From Octopus sinensis (taxonomy: Eukaryota), in contig NC_043000.1 in assembly GCF_006345805.1 (NCBI RefSeq), forward strand, positions 8,556,001 to 8,620,000: a stretch of DNA of 64,000 nucleotides, written 5' to 3'. Position 1 is the stretch's first letter. Every line of letters starts with the position of its first letter. Below the pieces are notes generated by a model, which ran no database searches, was not told where the DNA came from, and saw only the letters and a program-made list of their open reading frames with translations. The position numbers were made by a program, and so were the translations under genes. Below, piece by piece: positions 27,490 to 40,528 of the stretch.

Positions 27490-27519
27490 CCTGTTACTCG
27501 GAGTTTCACGTTCGCGTTC

Positions 27520-27521
<2 letters not shown>
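27490..27521 (-). ncRNA. Truncated hammerhead half
   Basis: TGA-acgcgaacgt-GAAA-C-tccga-G-TA-acagg; 5' core lost to an (AT)n tract. Confidence 0.35.
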
Positions 27522-27553
<32 letters not shown>

Positions 27554-27570
27554 ATATTATATAGACACAC

Positions 27571-28286
27571 AAACATCATTTCTTGAGTAATCACCTTGGG
27601 TCAATTCCCTGAACACTTTGGGGCTGTAAGCGACGAACAGGGAGAGCTTTTCATCAAAATCTCATGATCATGGAAGAGTGCAATCAAGGGCTTCGGCACA
27701 AAAATATGATGGCAGACTGTTGTTGGAATATCAAACGAGATTGCTCTTAAGAAGACCTCAAACTTAGGGCCCACAACCGCAAATTTTTACCTTAACAAAA
27801 CTTACTTGAACTTTGCGGTCCATCCTTATCAATTGTTTTGAATTGCCTGTCATCTTTATATCGAAATATATGTTAATTTAAAGTAACAAGTATTTGTGCA
27901 TATTCACACTTGACTATTATGGATAACTGTTTCTGATTTGACAAGCGGTGACAAAGACTCAACTCCGCACAAGTGATTTTTGTTTTGCCTTTACCCAGCT
28001 TTAATGGATATTGTGATGCACTAAGCGTTTTCGTGAATACATAAAGAATATTTTTGCCAAGACTATTGTTTTGAACCTAGTTTTAAGACAGTATGAATAC
28101 AAATATCCGATATGTACCATGTCGACATTGGAGATATCCAAATTTCGCGAGAATAAAAGAAAATGTTGAATTGGAAAATAACTAGAACTTACAACGTAAA
28201 ACTAACTCCAGATTTGAATTCAGCGCACTCAGATTAGGTAAGAACAAGTGCTGGTATCAATGCAACAAGAATTTAATTCTCCAGTG
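27571..28286 (+). mobile_element. Chapaev3/CMC-type DNA transposon 3' fragment
   Basis: KHHFLSNHLG..EHFGAVSDEQGE.FHQN..MMADCCWNIKRD matches the HFLHSHLD.FPENLGAVSDEQGERFHQD motif; ends in CCAGTG. Confidence 0.75.
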
Positions 28287-28944
28287 TAATATATGTTACA
28301 TATTTGTAATATATGACATATGTAAGATACGTTTTGTATATATATTGTATGTAGGTTACATATCACAAGCTAAATATACACAGACATTACATTTATTGAT
28401 CCAATTAAGGCGTAAAGCCAGCAATTTTGATGAGAGGAGGATAGTATGAATGACACCAGTACTTGACTGATACTATATTTCATAGACGTCTGAAAGAGTC
28501 AAAGCTGATATCGTTAGAAAGTCAAAGCTGATATCGGTGGAATTTGAGCTCAGTAAGTAAACAGTCGGAAAATATAACATGGATCATAAAAATATTCTTC
28601 ATATATTATTCGATCTGTTGATTTAATCACCTCAAACTAAGGTTGTTGGTTCGATTTCATTGCGTATTTTATTTCAAGTTGGTTCAGTTTAGTCAGCTGA
28701 AAATGAGAACCAGCCAAGTTCTAGTGCAGCCCTCTATCTATCCAAATGTCACGTACGCGCTATTCTATTGGTGACGTGCGTGGGAGAGCCGAGAGGGTGA
28801 CTGCTTGCTCTCGACTACACACTCGCCCAAAAATAATTAAAAAAATTATGGCACATGCTGCCAGGGCTTACTCGCTCGTGACGTCTTTATATATGTATCG
28901 TATATACAAAATCCTTTCAACTATAGGAACAAGGCCTATTATTT

Positions 28945-29125
28945 TAGGGTAGGATTAAGTCGATTATATCGACCCTAGTACTTAACTGATACTTGATTTA
29001 TCGACCCCGAAAGGATGAAAAAGAAATGTCTACTTCGGCCAAATTTGAACCCAGAACGTGAAGACAGACAAAATGCTGCAAAGCATTTCGCCCGACAAAC
29101 GATTCTGCCAGCTCGATTCTGCCTT
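28945..29125 (-). mobile_element. SINE family C
   Basis: atcgaccccgaaaggatgaa core; ctgccagctc head on the minus strand. Confidence 0.75.
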
Positions 29126-29386
29126 TGTGTCATATATATACATATAGATAATAGTATATACATTCTCTACGCAATACACACACACACACACACACACATA
29201 TATTATGTATATAATATCTATAAATGTATAGAAATATGCATTTATACATTATATACACAATATACATCACACACACACATATGTTTGTGTGTGTGTATGT
29301 ATATATATAAATATATATGCTTTCGGTGCGAATGTTTTTTTTTTATTACGGCGCTGTGATTTACAATCCTGTAAATAATAATAATG

Positions 29387-29566
29387 GTATTTTAATATAA
29401 GCTTAAAGATTATGGTAATCACCATGCAATCACTAAGGAAAATAGTCTAATAAAGGGGCATATAAGCCCTCAACAGAAAAAAGAGGGCTTATATGCCCTT
29501 TGTTAGACTATTTTCCTTAGTCATTGCACGGTAATCGCCATCAGCTTTAAGCTTATATTAAAATAC
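29387..29566. repeat. Foldback, ~84-bp arms
   Basis: ..ggcatataagccctc-aacagaaaaaa-gagggcttatatgcc.. Confidence 0.85.
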
Positions 29567-29589
29567 ACACACACACATATATATATATA

Positions 29590-29636
<47 letters not shown>

Positions 29637-29808
29637 ATATTATTATATATATATATATATATATTATATAATATATATATGTATGTACAACACCACATGT
29701 ATATATTTCTAAAAGTGTATAAATATATACATCTATATATCGTCTGGAAAAAAACATAAATCCGGAAACACTACGCACTAAGATGGAGAGCAGTATATAT
29801 TAATCACC

Positions 29809-29940
29809 GGGAAGACCGGTTTATGGGATTATCTTAGGTTTCTCGTCCATTAAGGGTTTAGCTTTATGGCGCATCGACAGATCCTAAAATCTGTTGGCCC
29901 AAGACCTAGGGTTCCCGTAATCCCATAAATTGGCCTTCCC
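29809..29940. repeat. Small inverted-repeat (MITE-like) element
   Basis: gggaagaccggtttatgggatta / taatcccataaattggccttccc. Confidence 0.55.
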
Positions 29941-29949
29941 CATTTTTTA

Positions 29950-29970
29950 TATCTATCTATCAATCAATCA

Positions 29971-30045
<75 letters not shown>
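29950..30045. repeat. (TCTA)n microsatellite
   Basis: Direct sequence. Confidence 0.95.
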
Positions 30046-30129
30046 GGTATATATATATATATATGTATATATTTATATATGATTATATGTATATGTGTAT
30101 GTGTATGTGTGTGTATATATATATATAGT

Positions 30130-30447
30130 GAGGGCGCGTGGCTTAGTGGTTAGGGCATTCGGCTCATGATCGTAAGGTTGTGAGTTCGATTCCCGGCGAC
30201 GCGTTGTGTCCTTGAGCAAGACAATTTATTTCACGTTGCTCCAGTCACTTAGCTGGCAAAAATGAGTTGTACTTGTATTTCAAAGGGTCAGCCTTGTCAC
30301 TCTCTGTGTCACGCTGATTATCCCCGAGAACTACGTTAAGGGTACACGTGTCTGTGGAATGCTCAGCCATTTGCACGTTAATTTCACGAGCAAGCTGTTC
30401 CGTTGATCGTTTCAGCTGGGACCCTCGTCGTCGTAACCGGCGGAGTC
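30130..30447 (+). mobile_element. tRNA-headed CORE-like SINE family B
   Basis: A-box tggcttagtgg, B-box gagttcgattccc, core tgtgtccttgagcaagaca. Confidence 0.8.
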
Positions 30448-30580
30448 TTATTATTATTATATATATATATATATATATTTGTATTTACATTTATATTCAT
30501 ATTTATATATATGTATGTATATGCGTGTGTGTGTATTTATGTGTGCGTGCGTGTGTGTGCGTGTGTGTGTGTGTGTGTGT

Positions 30581-30892
30581 GAAGACACCTGGCTTAGTGG
30601 TTAGAGCATTCGACTCACGATTGTAAGGTCCTGAGTTCAATTATCGGTGACGCGTTGTGTCCTTGAGCAAGACATTTTATTTTACGTTGCTCCAGCTGGC
30701 AAAAATGAGTTGTACCTGTATTTCAAAGGGCCAGCCTTGTCCCACTCTGTGTCACGCTTAATCTCCCCGAGAACCACGTTAAGGGTAAACGTGTCTCTGG
30801 AGTACTCGGCCAGTTGCACGTTACTTTCACGAGCAGGCTGTTCCGTTGATCTATCAGCTGGGTTCCTCGCCGTCGTAACCGACTGAGTGCCA
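30581..30892 (+). mobile_element. SINE family B, second tandem copy
   Basis: High similarity to 30130-30447. Confidence 0.8.
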
Positions 30893-30931
30893 CATAATAT
30901 ATATCTATATATATATATATATATATAATAT

Positions 30932-30969
<38 letters not shown>

Positions 30970-31006
30970 GTGTGTGGTGTGCGGTTATATATATATGATT
31001 ATATAT

Positions 31007-31065
<59 letters not shown>

Positions 31066-31395
31066 TCATACTAAAGTATATACAGATTTCACATTTGATA
31101 TTACTGAAGGGAAGAAGAGTTATTTATAGATGCTTATCAATACAGGATTCCATTATTCTATATTATCTAAGTATATGAACTTTATTTGGAATACAAGACA
31201 ATATAACGGATTTTACATATGAATATTATGAATTATTACAGAAGACTAACCAAGGAAGTATATATGGACTTAGACTCTCATCAAAACAGTAATTTTTAAT
31301 TTTTAATTTATTTTTCAAACAAACACCATTTTATAGTTTTACTTCAAATTTTTAAAAAGCTACCATTCGATATGTTATACAAAATTCAAATTATA

Positions 31396-31487
31396 TATCT
31401 CTGAAGAGCAGAAGAGTTGTCTATAAATGCTTATCAATATAGGATTTCATTACAGGGATAGCACTTCTGTGAAACGATCGTAAGATG
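31396..31487 (+). ncRNA. Minimal type-I hammerhead ribozyme, intact core
   Basis: tatct-CTGAAGA-gcagaagagttgtct..ggatagcacttctgt-GAAA-C-GATC-G-TA-agatg; long stem II; palindromic stem III. Confidence 0.8.
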
Positions 31488-31668
31488 CTTTAAATACTTA
31501 ATTCAAAATTTTTAAACTGTCATATACATTATATATTTATACTTATACATGTTTACATATATTTTTATTCATATTTATAAGTTTAATACAACAATTATTT
31601 CACACACGGATATATCTTTCTGAAGAATTTTCTAATATTGATTTCCTGATAATAATAATAATATATAT

Positions 31669-31803
31669 ATTTGACACACAAACTGCTGCATTGATAAGGG
31701 GCAACAACCCTGAAACGTCGTCTGTAGCTGTCTGACTGGCAGGATGAAGCGGCTGACCTCCCTTGTTCGAAGGTTTATAATGGACGCAGTTTGTGTGTCA
31801 AAT
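31669..31803. mobile_element. 135-bp unit bounded by 18-bp perfect inverted repeats, with an internal degenerate hammerhead
   Basis: atttgacacacaaactgc / gcagtttgtgtgtcaaat; internal ca-TTGATAA-gggg..ccct-GAAAC-gtc-GTC-tg. Confidence 0.6.
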
Positions 31804-31952
31804 AGCTAGCTTAAGGCGATGGCCTCATGGAGGTAATCAGCGACAATTTTAGTCTTATATTTATAAGACTGCCATATTAGTATGGCGATAACTATTAATT
31901 TCCAGTAACGCTGCCGTAATCTTTTTTAGAGAGACTTAATCATTTTAATATT

Positions 31953-32020
<68 letters not shown>

Positions 32021-32069
32021 TGTATGTATGTATATATATATAATACATATACAGAGAGAGAGAGAAAGA

Positions 32070-32105
<36 letters not shown>

Positions 32106-32394
32106 TGTGGGAGAGAGAAATTTCGATGTTGTTTTTGTCTATCAAATGATTTGACCCGAGACCGTGTATTGAAACTGAAACAATTACACAATGGGAGAAG
32201 TATTTTGATTATACAACTTATGAAGCTGTTAAAACGTCTGACGAGGATATATTCGTCGCATAGCAATAACCTTGCTACTGACATAGTTCCACTGCAATTG
32301 TTCATGACCCTGGTAAGAGCGAGTTCGTATAAAATTCATGCTTTGATACATTTTCTCTTATTCTCTAATAAATTTATTTACTTATTTATAATAT

Positions 32395-32571
32395 TTCTTT
32401 TACTTGTTTCAGTCATTGTACTGTGGCCATTCTGGGCCACTGCTTTGGAGGGTTATAGTAGAAAGAATCGATCCAAGTACTTATTTTTAAAGCGTAGTGT
32501 TTGTTCCATTGTTACAATGACGTATGCAAAACCAGTTACAGTGACGTAAACAAACTAGCCCCGGTTAACAA

Positions 32572-32605
<34 letters not shown>

Positions 32606-32750
32606 ACAACGGGATTCCTTCCGTTTCCGTCTACTCACAAGGCTTTGGTCTGCCGGGGTCTATAATAGAAGACACATGCACAAGGCACCACGTGATGGAA
32701 CTGAACCCAACACCATCTGTTTGGGAAGCAAACTTCTTTCCACACGTTTA
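32395..32750 (-). mobile_element. SINE family A, diverged
   Basis: Family match. Confidence 0.75.
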
Positions 32751-33132
32751 CTTTTGAGCTTTCCTTTTGAGCTTAGGGACACATTTATTTGGTCATAATC
32801 AACGACAGAAGCAGTATTAATTCCGAGAGATAATATTTATTTCCACTTAAACATGGATGTTTTATTAGAATAAACTTTACTACGGTAGTTATAAGAGAAA
32901 ATCTAATATTGTGTTTATGGTGCAAAATGCACTCTTCTTTGTAGTCCCGGCGCTGGAGGTGGCGATAATTTAACTCCACGCTACCGATCTCCCCGCTAGG
33001 ACATAAACAAGTGTGCATTTTTTACCAAAAAACCGATATGAGAGTTTCTCTCATGGTTGCTACCGCAGTAAAGTTTGTTCTTATAGAACATTCACGTTTA
33101 ATAATATAGTAATAAATATTACTATATTATTA

Positions 33133-33892
33133 TTACTTAGATTACCTAGATAAGTTCCGGCTAAAGTTGGCCCAGGCCAAGTCTAATTTAACAGCACCAC
33201 CTAGATGAGATACACAGTCAGATCTTGGGCCCACCACAGCCCATTCGAGCAGAGAGTTGTTGTTTTCAGAGATATATCCGGGTGTGGGTAATTTGTCTGG
33301 CATTTGTTGGAGGTATTCAACTTGAGACCGTTTGAATGCCGTGAAAACACTTTCCTCCTTTATGTGGGCTGGCACGATGTTGAAGGGAATAAAGTCAGTT
33401 GAGGTGAAATTGTACTGTTGTAGTGTTGTGATACGACACGAATATGATTTCTGTAGTGGACGGATGGCACAGGAGCCAAGTCACGGATGAATTTTTACGA
33501 TGATACCTATATCATTTGGGCAATGTTGATGGAGTATTTTTCACATCATACAGATGCTATAGCGCTCACAGCGGCGTTGGAGGGAATACAGCCTGAGCTA
33601 TTTGAGTCGATCCCAATAGTCAAAGTTTGTCATGCCATCTATTTTTTTTTTTGCGATTGTTCTCTGGGGAGCTTCAATTTAGATGATATAGAGCTCACGG
33701 AGGTGTTGGAGGGAATAAAGCCTGTGTTATTTGAGTCGATGCCAATCGTCAAGGCTTGTCATGTGTGATTGATGTCTGTGGAGCTTCAATTCTCACAATA
33801 TTCTGTATCGTGTGTGTGTGGTAGTGGTAGTGGTGGTGGTAGGACGCACAGCGAACAACAGTATTCAAGGCGAGGGCGAGCAAAAGTAGAGA
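33133..33892 (-). mobile_element. CR1-type LINE 3' fragment with internal duplication
   Basis: RPRLEYCC; DYWDRLK*LRLYSLQRR (partly duplicated); FNIVPAHIKEE..QQMPDKLPTPGYISENNNSLLEWA. Confidence 0.85.
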
Positions 33893-34223
33893 AAAGATGT
33901 AATATATATATCTCTATATATATATATATATTTTGCTGTATGTATGAATGTATGTATGTATGTACGTATGTATATGTGTGTGTGTCGATACATGATTATA
34001 TAAAATAAATCTGACAGTCCGTCGGTTGCAACATTTACCATCTAACTCCTAGACCAATGGTTTCAGACTTTTATTTGCTAAAAAAGTCTGAAACCATTGG
34101 TCCAGGAGTTAGATGGTAAATGTTTATATTTTTTATTCCCTTCGAAACTTTATCCCTAATAGTGGTTTGGAATTTAACTGTCCTTTCTATGATGGATACC
34201 TCCTGTGTGTTTAAATGTACACA

Positions 34224-34270
<47 letters not shown>

Positions 34271-34363
34271 TATATAGTTGTAAATTACAGAAAAACAAAA
34301 GACGAAGACAGGTGTATAAACAACAAGCAGGTGTATTATTTTGACGCTCGGGAAAGTGAGAAA

Positions 34364-34402
34364 GTCTTTTATGTTTCGAGCCTACGCTCTTCAACAGAAA
34401 GG
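34364..34402 (-). ncRNA. Variant minimal hammerhead motif
   Basis: cttt-CTGTTGA-a-gagc-gtag-gctc-GAAA-CATA-aaag; deviates at A6 and stem III. Confidence 0.4.
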
Positions 34403-34484
34403 AACACGAGGAAATAAACTGAGACAAAATATTAAAAACCTGTGGATTTAGTGATCGATCATGGTGACTGGTTTGCTATATAAT

Positions 34485-34655
34485 AGGTTAGAGGTAATCG
34501 GCTCACTGTCGTAAGGCCATGAGTTCGATTCCCAGGCGGCGCGTTGTGTTCTTGAGCAAAACAATTTATTTCACATTACTCCAGTACACTCAGCTGTCAA
34601 AAATGAGTTGTACCTGTGTCACCGCGCTGAATCTCCCTCAGAAATACGTTGAGGG

Positions 34656-34656
<1 letters not shown>
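34485..34656 (+). mobile_element. SINE family B, partial
   Basis: gagttcgattccc..gttgtgttcttgagcaaaaca. Confidence 0.7.
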
Positions 34657-34696
<40 letters not shown>

Positions 34697-34901
34697 TATA
34701 TATATGTATATGTGTGTGTGTGTGTGTGTGTATGAACATACACACACACACATATATAATTTAGAAACTTTAAGACAACAAAATAATTCTTTTCCGGAAC
34801 ATACATATGTTGCATATCTAGACATGTCTAGATATGCAACAATATGTATGACAATACATATATAAAGCAAAACATAAAGATCTGCACAGCTACGTACACA
34901 C

Positions 34902-34932
<31 letters not shown>

Positions 34933-35152
34933 CATACATACATACATACATACACACACACATACATACATACATACATACATACATACATGCATACCCT
35001 GTTGATACTGAAATTGCAATGAAGGATCCTTGGATCTAGATTAGATCCTTGGATCGAGAAACCGGCTTTTTCTCTATTGGTAAGAAATTTTGAAATAAAA
35101 CTAATTACTGCCATACACACACACACGCACACACACGCAAACACATATTTAC

Positions 35153-35183
<31 letters not shown>

Positions 35184-35379
35184 CGTGCGTGTGTGTGTGC
35201 GTGTGCGCTCGCGTGTGTGTGCGTGTGCGCGCACGTGTATGTATGATCCTAACATACATATTTATTCATATTTCATATACTGAGTCCTCCTGTCTTGGAC
35301 TTAAATGCTTTTCTTGACGTTCTGTAAGTGTTTCTATTACCCACTCTGTCCTTAATACTTTTTCTTTCCCTTTCAATTC

Positions 35380-35562
<183 letters not shown>

Positions 35563-36319
35563 GATGTAGAATTTGTCACACGAGTAGAAGTAAAATGAAT
35601 GAAATTTTGAAATTGCCCATGATATTTTGGTAAAAATTTATTTTCATTTATCGAACTTGTTTCACAATTTTATGAATTGAAAATGTTGTGTGAGATAGAA
35701 GGGACCGAAGCTATATTTGTCTCATTTAGTAATCATTTTAAATTTCTTTTAGTTACTGTTCGCTTTGACCCTGAGCATCTAAGAGAGAAAGCAAGAAAGA
35801 GAGAGAGGGACGGGAGAGAGAGAAGCTCCAACTGCAGTACTTGACTAGTATTTGGTTTATCGATCCCCTAAATGATAAGGATGAAAATCAATGCTGAATT
35901 TGATGTGATTTGAACTTAGCAAATATAGTTAGTTTACAATTTCAGATAAGTTAAGTATAAATATATAAATAATTAATATAAAATAACATGTTTCTGAATA
36001 AAACTTCTGGTCGAAAGCAAAATGACATTGCTTTTATGGAAAACGATTTTGATGTGAAATTGTTTCACGGAAACATGATTTCATAAATTCGATTCTATGA
36101 ATGGCGTAATCATAAGAGGAAGAGCAGTGCCCGTAAACTCATTTACAAGATGTTTGAGACTGTTTGAATTTACGAACGAACGAAACCATGACTCGAGGTT
36201 GTTGCAGTGAAGAAAGGGGAACGTGAGTGATAATCAGACATAGATCTGGTTCAAATATTTCAGAGTAGATTCTGATAACAACACTCAAGGATGAGATGAT
36301 AGTGCTAAAACAGGTGAAT

Positions 36320-36535
36320 TCAGAATTCCTCCAAGACTGGAGCCAAGAGCCATACACCCCCTACATAATTCAGTAGGACAATTTATTTTTCTCAACAGGC
36401 TCTGCTCTATTTAACATTATCCCAAAACAAATCAAAGAAGGAAAAGATTCCATCATCTTCAAACGAAACCTGGACAATTTTCTTCAAGGCATACCAGGTA
36501 AACCACCTATACCCAAGTATAGGTCAATCCATCTC
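36320..36535 (+). mobile_element. CR1-type LINE 3' fragment
   Basis: STGSALFNIIPKQIKEGKDSIIFKRNLDNFLQGIPGKPPIPKY. Confidence 0.75.
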
Positions 36536-36572
36536 TTGTGTGCCTATACAGTATTTATTTCGCTACCCGATA

Positions 36573-36734
36573 TCATCATCATCATCATCACATCATCATC
36601 ATCGTTTAACGTCCGTTTTCCGCGCTAGCACGGGTTGGACGGTTCGACCGGGGTCTGGGAAGCCGGGGGCTGCACCAGGCTCCAGTCTGATCTGGCAGAG
36701 TTTCTACAGCTGGATGCCCTTCCTAATGCCAACC
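36573..36734 (-). mobile_element. RTE-type LINE/SINE 3' end with (GAT)n tail
   Basis: ggttggcattaggaagggcatccagctgtagaaac..ggacgttaaacgatgatgatg. Confidence 0.7.
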
Positions 36735-38096
36735 TCTTAAAAAATTGACTCGATTCGAGGCTATAGTAGAAGACCCGAGATCAACAGCAACACCTTACTC
36801 GAATGAGCAATGATACGATAAAGCCTGTATCTCGCTGTATCACAGTCAACTCTGACAGCATGGCATGGTATAAACTACACTTATTACTAAGTCAACTAAA
36901 ACGATTACACGTGGTTGTCCGACCTGCTGGAAATGATAGCTAAATCTCTCTCAAATCACAAAATAATGTCATAAGGAGGGAAGGGAAGATTCGATTATAT
37001 ATTCTCAGATATGATAGACAGTGCCTTAAAAAGACAGCACAGTCATGGTTAGAGCGTCTTTGATCAAAAGCTTCTTAACTGGAGAGTACCTGGAGCTAAA
37101 CACCAACGACAACAACAATATTAGTTTCTAGCATTTTTTGAGGTCGATAAAAAATAAACAGTAGTCAAATAATTAACTGTTTCTTGTACCATTCCAAATT
37201 TAAGTCTTTTGCACGAGTTGGAAAATATTATGATAGTATTATTTTTCTATAAAAATATTTATTGTACTGTTTCATTCAATGAAACAAGATATATTTTAGT
37301 GTAAAAATAACCACTCCTTAGGATATCAGAATATAAAAAAAAAATTTTTGCTTTAGTATGAGGACCATTTTTTAATGAAGGGTATCGGTCGAACAAAAAT
37401 TAGTCCTGCACGTGCACGCACACATGCATGCATAAATGCACGCCAATGAACAAATAAACAAACACACACACACACACACACATACACACACACACACTTC
37501 TAAAGTAACGAACGTTATTTTTGTAACGGGTGGGAGTGGAATGGTAACAAGAAAGTAAAATATCTATAATAATATCTACAATCATATTCAGCTTATCACG
37601 ATATGTTTTCAAATGTTACGCTTTCAATTAATCTGTGAAATAAATTGAAGATATAGCTAAACTGTTAATATACCAAGATAATTGAGCGTTAAGCTTTCAA
37701 CAAACTTTACAATAAAACGACATCAAAGACATGATCGAGATTATCAACATAAATAGGTACTGTTATGAAAATAATTTACATATCTAGATAGAAATAACAT
37801 TTAGAAAACAACGAATTTCAATAGATCTTTCTAGCTGTTTTCATTTTATACAACTTGGAAAGTTTAGTTGAGTTTTTGTTCAAGGTACAAGCGTTTTTAC
37901 ATTTTTGCAAGTGTTGCGTTATAGAAATGCTTTTGTGCAAGAATCGGTGCCAAAATGTCTGTTTGAGGTTAGGTCTGGTAATTCCATGTATAAGAGTGTA
38001 ATATTACTCATTTTTTCCTTCCCTCAAAAATAGATGGGATAATTTGGACATGAAAAATATATTCTTTGATAATGATTGAAAATTCGTGTACATATC

Positions 38097-38238
38097 AGCT
38101 GTGTGGTTAAGAAGGTCGATTTGCAACCGCATGTTCTACGGTTGAGACCCATTGTCCGGCACTTTGGCACGTGTCTTTCATTATAGTCCCGAGTCGACTC
38201 GGGTAAATTTTGTAGACGGAAACCGGTCGTGTGTGTGT

Positions 38239-38298
<60 letters not shown>

Positions 38299-38500
38299 TG
38301 TGTGTGTTTGTCACTTCCACTGTTTGACAACCAATGATGGTTTGTTTACGTCCCCGCAATATAGCGGTTCGGCAAAAGAGACCGATAAGATAAGTACCAG
38401 AAATTAAAAAATAAATATTGGGGTCGATTTTTGCGACCAAACCCTTTAAGGTGGTGCCCATTATGGCCACATTCCAATGACTGTAACAAGTGAAATATAA
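38097..38500 (+). mobile_element. SINE family A, diverged
   Basis: Family match with central (GT)n. Confidence 0.75.
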
Positions 38501-38619
38501 AGTTAGACATCACTATTTTCCTGATATCACTTACAAAGACTTGGCTGATTATAATTTCTTGTAATTAGGAGAAATTACAAAGTTCTCCTATGGTAGACTT
38601 ACTGTTTATTGAATTGGCT

Positions 38620-38990
38620 CCAGTGCTTATTTAGGGGAAGTGGGTACGTCGATTCCATCGATTTCAGTGTTTAAAGGGTACATATTCTATCGACCCCGAA
38701 AGGATGAAGAGCAAAGTTGACCTCGTCTGAATTTGAACTTATGCAGAAGAAATACCTGTTTCTTTACTACCCACAAGGGGCTAAACACAGAGAGGACAAA
38801 CAAGGACATACAAACGGATTAAGTCGATTATATCGACCCCAGTGCGTAACTGGTACTTAATTTATCGACCCCGAAAGGATGAAAGGCACAGTCGACCTCG
38901 GCGGAATTTGAACTCAGAACGTAACGGCAGAAGAAATACTGCTAAGCATTTTGTCCGGCTTGCTAACGATTCAGTCAGCTCGGCGTCTTG
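38620..38990 (-). mobile_element. SINE family C (dimeric), abutting (ATT)n at 38991-39088
   Basis: Two atcgaccccgaaaggatgaa cores. Confidence 0.8.
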
Positions 38991-39038
<48 letters not shown>

Positions 39039-39042
39039 TATA

Positions 39043-39086
<44 letters not shown>

Positions 39087-39385
39087 CATTTTTCGCATTG
39101 AAAGAATGGTACGAGTAAGTAACGGACGAGTAAATCGATTACAATATATAACAAGAAATGTGAAGTTCTGAAAGGAAGAATTTCAAAATAGGTTCCGATA
39201 CGTTTTGAATTCAGAACACATAGATATTAAATGGTCTAAGGTATTAGATTTGGGACTCTACCAATTTGCTATTTCAGTAACAATAACAATGTTTAGTGTT
39301 TTAAAGAAGTCATCTTTAATACCAATTAGCTTCTAAATATTTTTAAATTTACAATATATATATGTGTGTGTATGTATATATATGT

Positions 39386-39431
<46 letters not shown>

Positions 39432-39512
39432 ATATATATGTATGTATATACATTATATATGTATATGTATATATGTATATATATGTATGTATATATAGGT
39501 ATATATATATAT

Positions 39513-39575
<63 letters not shown>

Positions 39576-39576
<1 letters not shown>

Positions 39577-39984
39577 GGCGCAGGAGTGGCTGTGTGGTAA
39601 GTAGCTTGCTAACCAATCGCATTGTTCCGGGTTCAGTCCCACTGCGTGGCATCTTGGGCAAGTGTCTTCTGCTATAACCTCGGGCCGACCAATGCCTTGT
39701 GAGTGGATTTGGTAGACGGAAACTGAAAGAAGCCTGTCGTATATATGTATATATATATATATATGTATGTGTGTGTATGTGTTTGTGTGTCTGTGTTTGT
39801 CCCCCTAGCATTGCTTGACAACCGATGCTGGTGTTTACGTCCCCGTCACTTAGCGATAAAATAAGTACTGGGCTTACAAAGAATAAGACCCGGGGTCGAT
39901 TTACTCGACTAAAGGCGGTGCTCCAGCATGGCCGCAGTCAAATGACTAAAACAAGTAAAAGAGTAAAGAGTAAAGAGTAAAAGT
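39576..39984 (+). mobile_element. SINE family A
   Basis: Full head to (gagtaaa)n tail. Confidence 0.9.
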
Positions 39985-40234
39985 ATATATATATTATATA
40001 TAAATATTATATATATATATATATGTCAAGGATATAAATCCTCTTAAAGGGATGTCAGCATCCAAGTTTCCTGGTTATATCCAGTGTATCCGTGAAAACC
40101 AAAGATGTTAGCTTCGCATTGATAGATCAGGGTATATTATTATTTATTATTTATTATTTTTACTATGCTCTAATAAATTGGTGTCTATATTACAGTTTCT
40201 TCGTTTTCCTTTTCTCATGCATACATACATACAT

Positions 40235-40528
40235 ACATTTTTGTTTGCTCCTTCTCAAGCCATCACTGGCTCATAATGGGCCGGTTTTCCGGTTTCATTG
40301 GCGTATAGGTTCCCCACCTGGACTGGACGCCGGTCCATTGCAGGTGAGTTGCTAGATGCAATAGGAAAGAGTGAAAGAAAGTTGTGGTGAAAGAGTCAGC
40401 AGAAGTTCGCCATTACCTTCCGCGTGGAGCTTAAGTGTTTTGCTCATAAACACACACATCGCCCTGTCAGAGATTCGAACCTGCGATCCCTCGACCGCTG
40501 CTCTAACCACTAGGCCATGTGCCTCCAC
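40235..40528 (-). mobile_element. tRNA-headed SINE family D
   Basis: Head gtggaggcacatggcctagtggttagagcagcg..gcaggttcgaatctc has A and B boxes. Confidence 0.7.

Noticed and set aside
30130-30195. tRNA-like sequences (also at 30581, 40460, 3772, 9153)
   Set aside because: A and B boxes only; no complete cloverleaf or acceptor stem, and they continue into SINE bodies.
33487-33768. 93-aa ORF with an internal repeat (LEGIQPELFES / LEGIKPVLFES)
   Set aside because: Antisense of a duplicated CR1 RT segment.
37780-38000. Possible Penelope GIY-YIG relic (KNSTKLSK..MK)
   Set aside because: Single weak motif; insufficient support.
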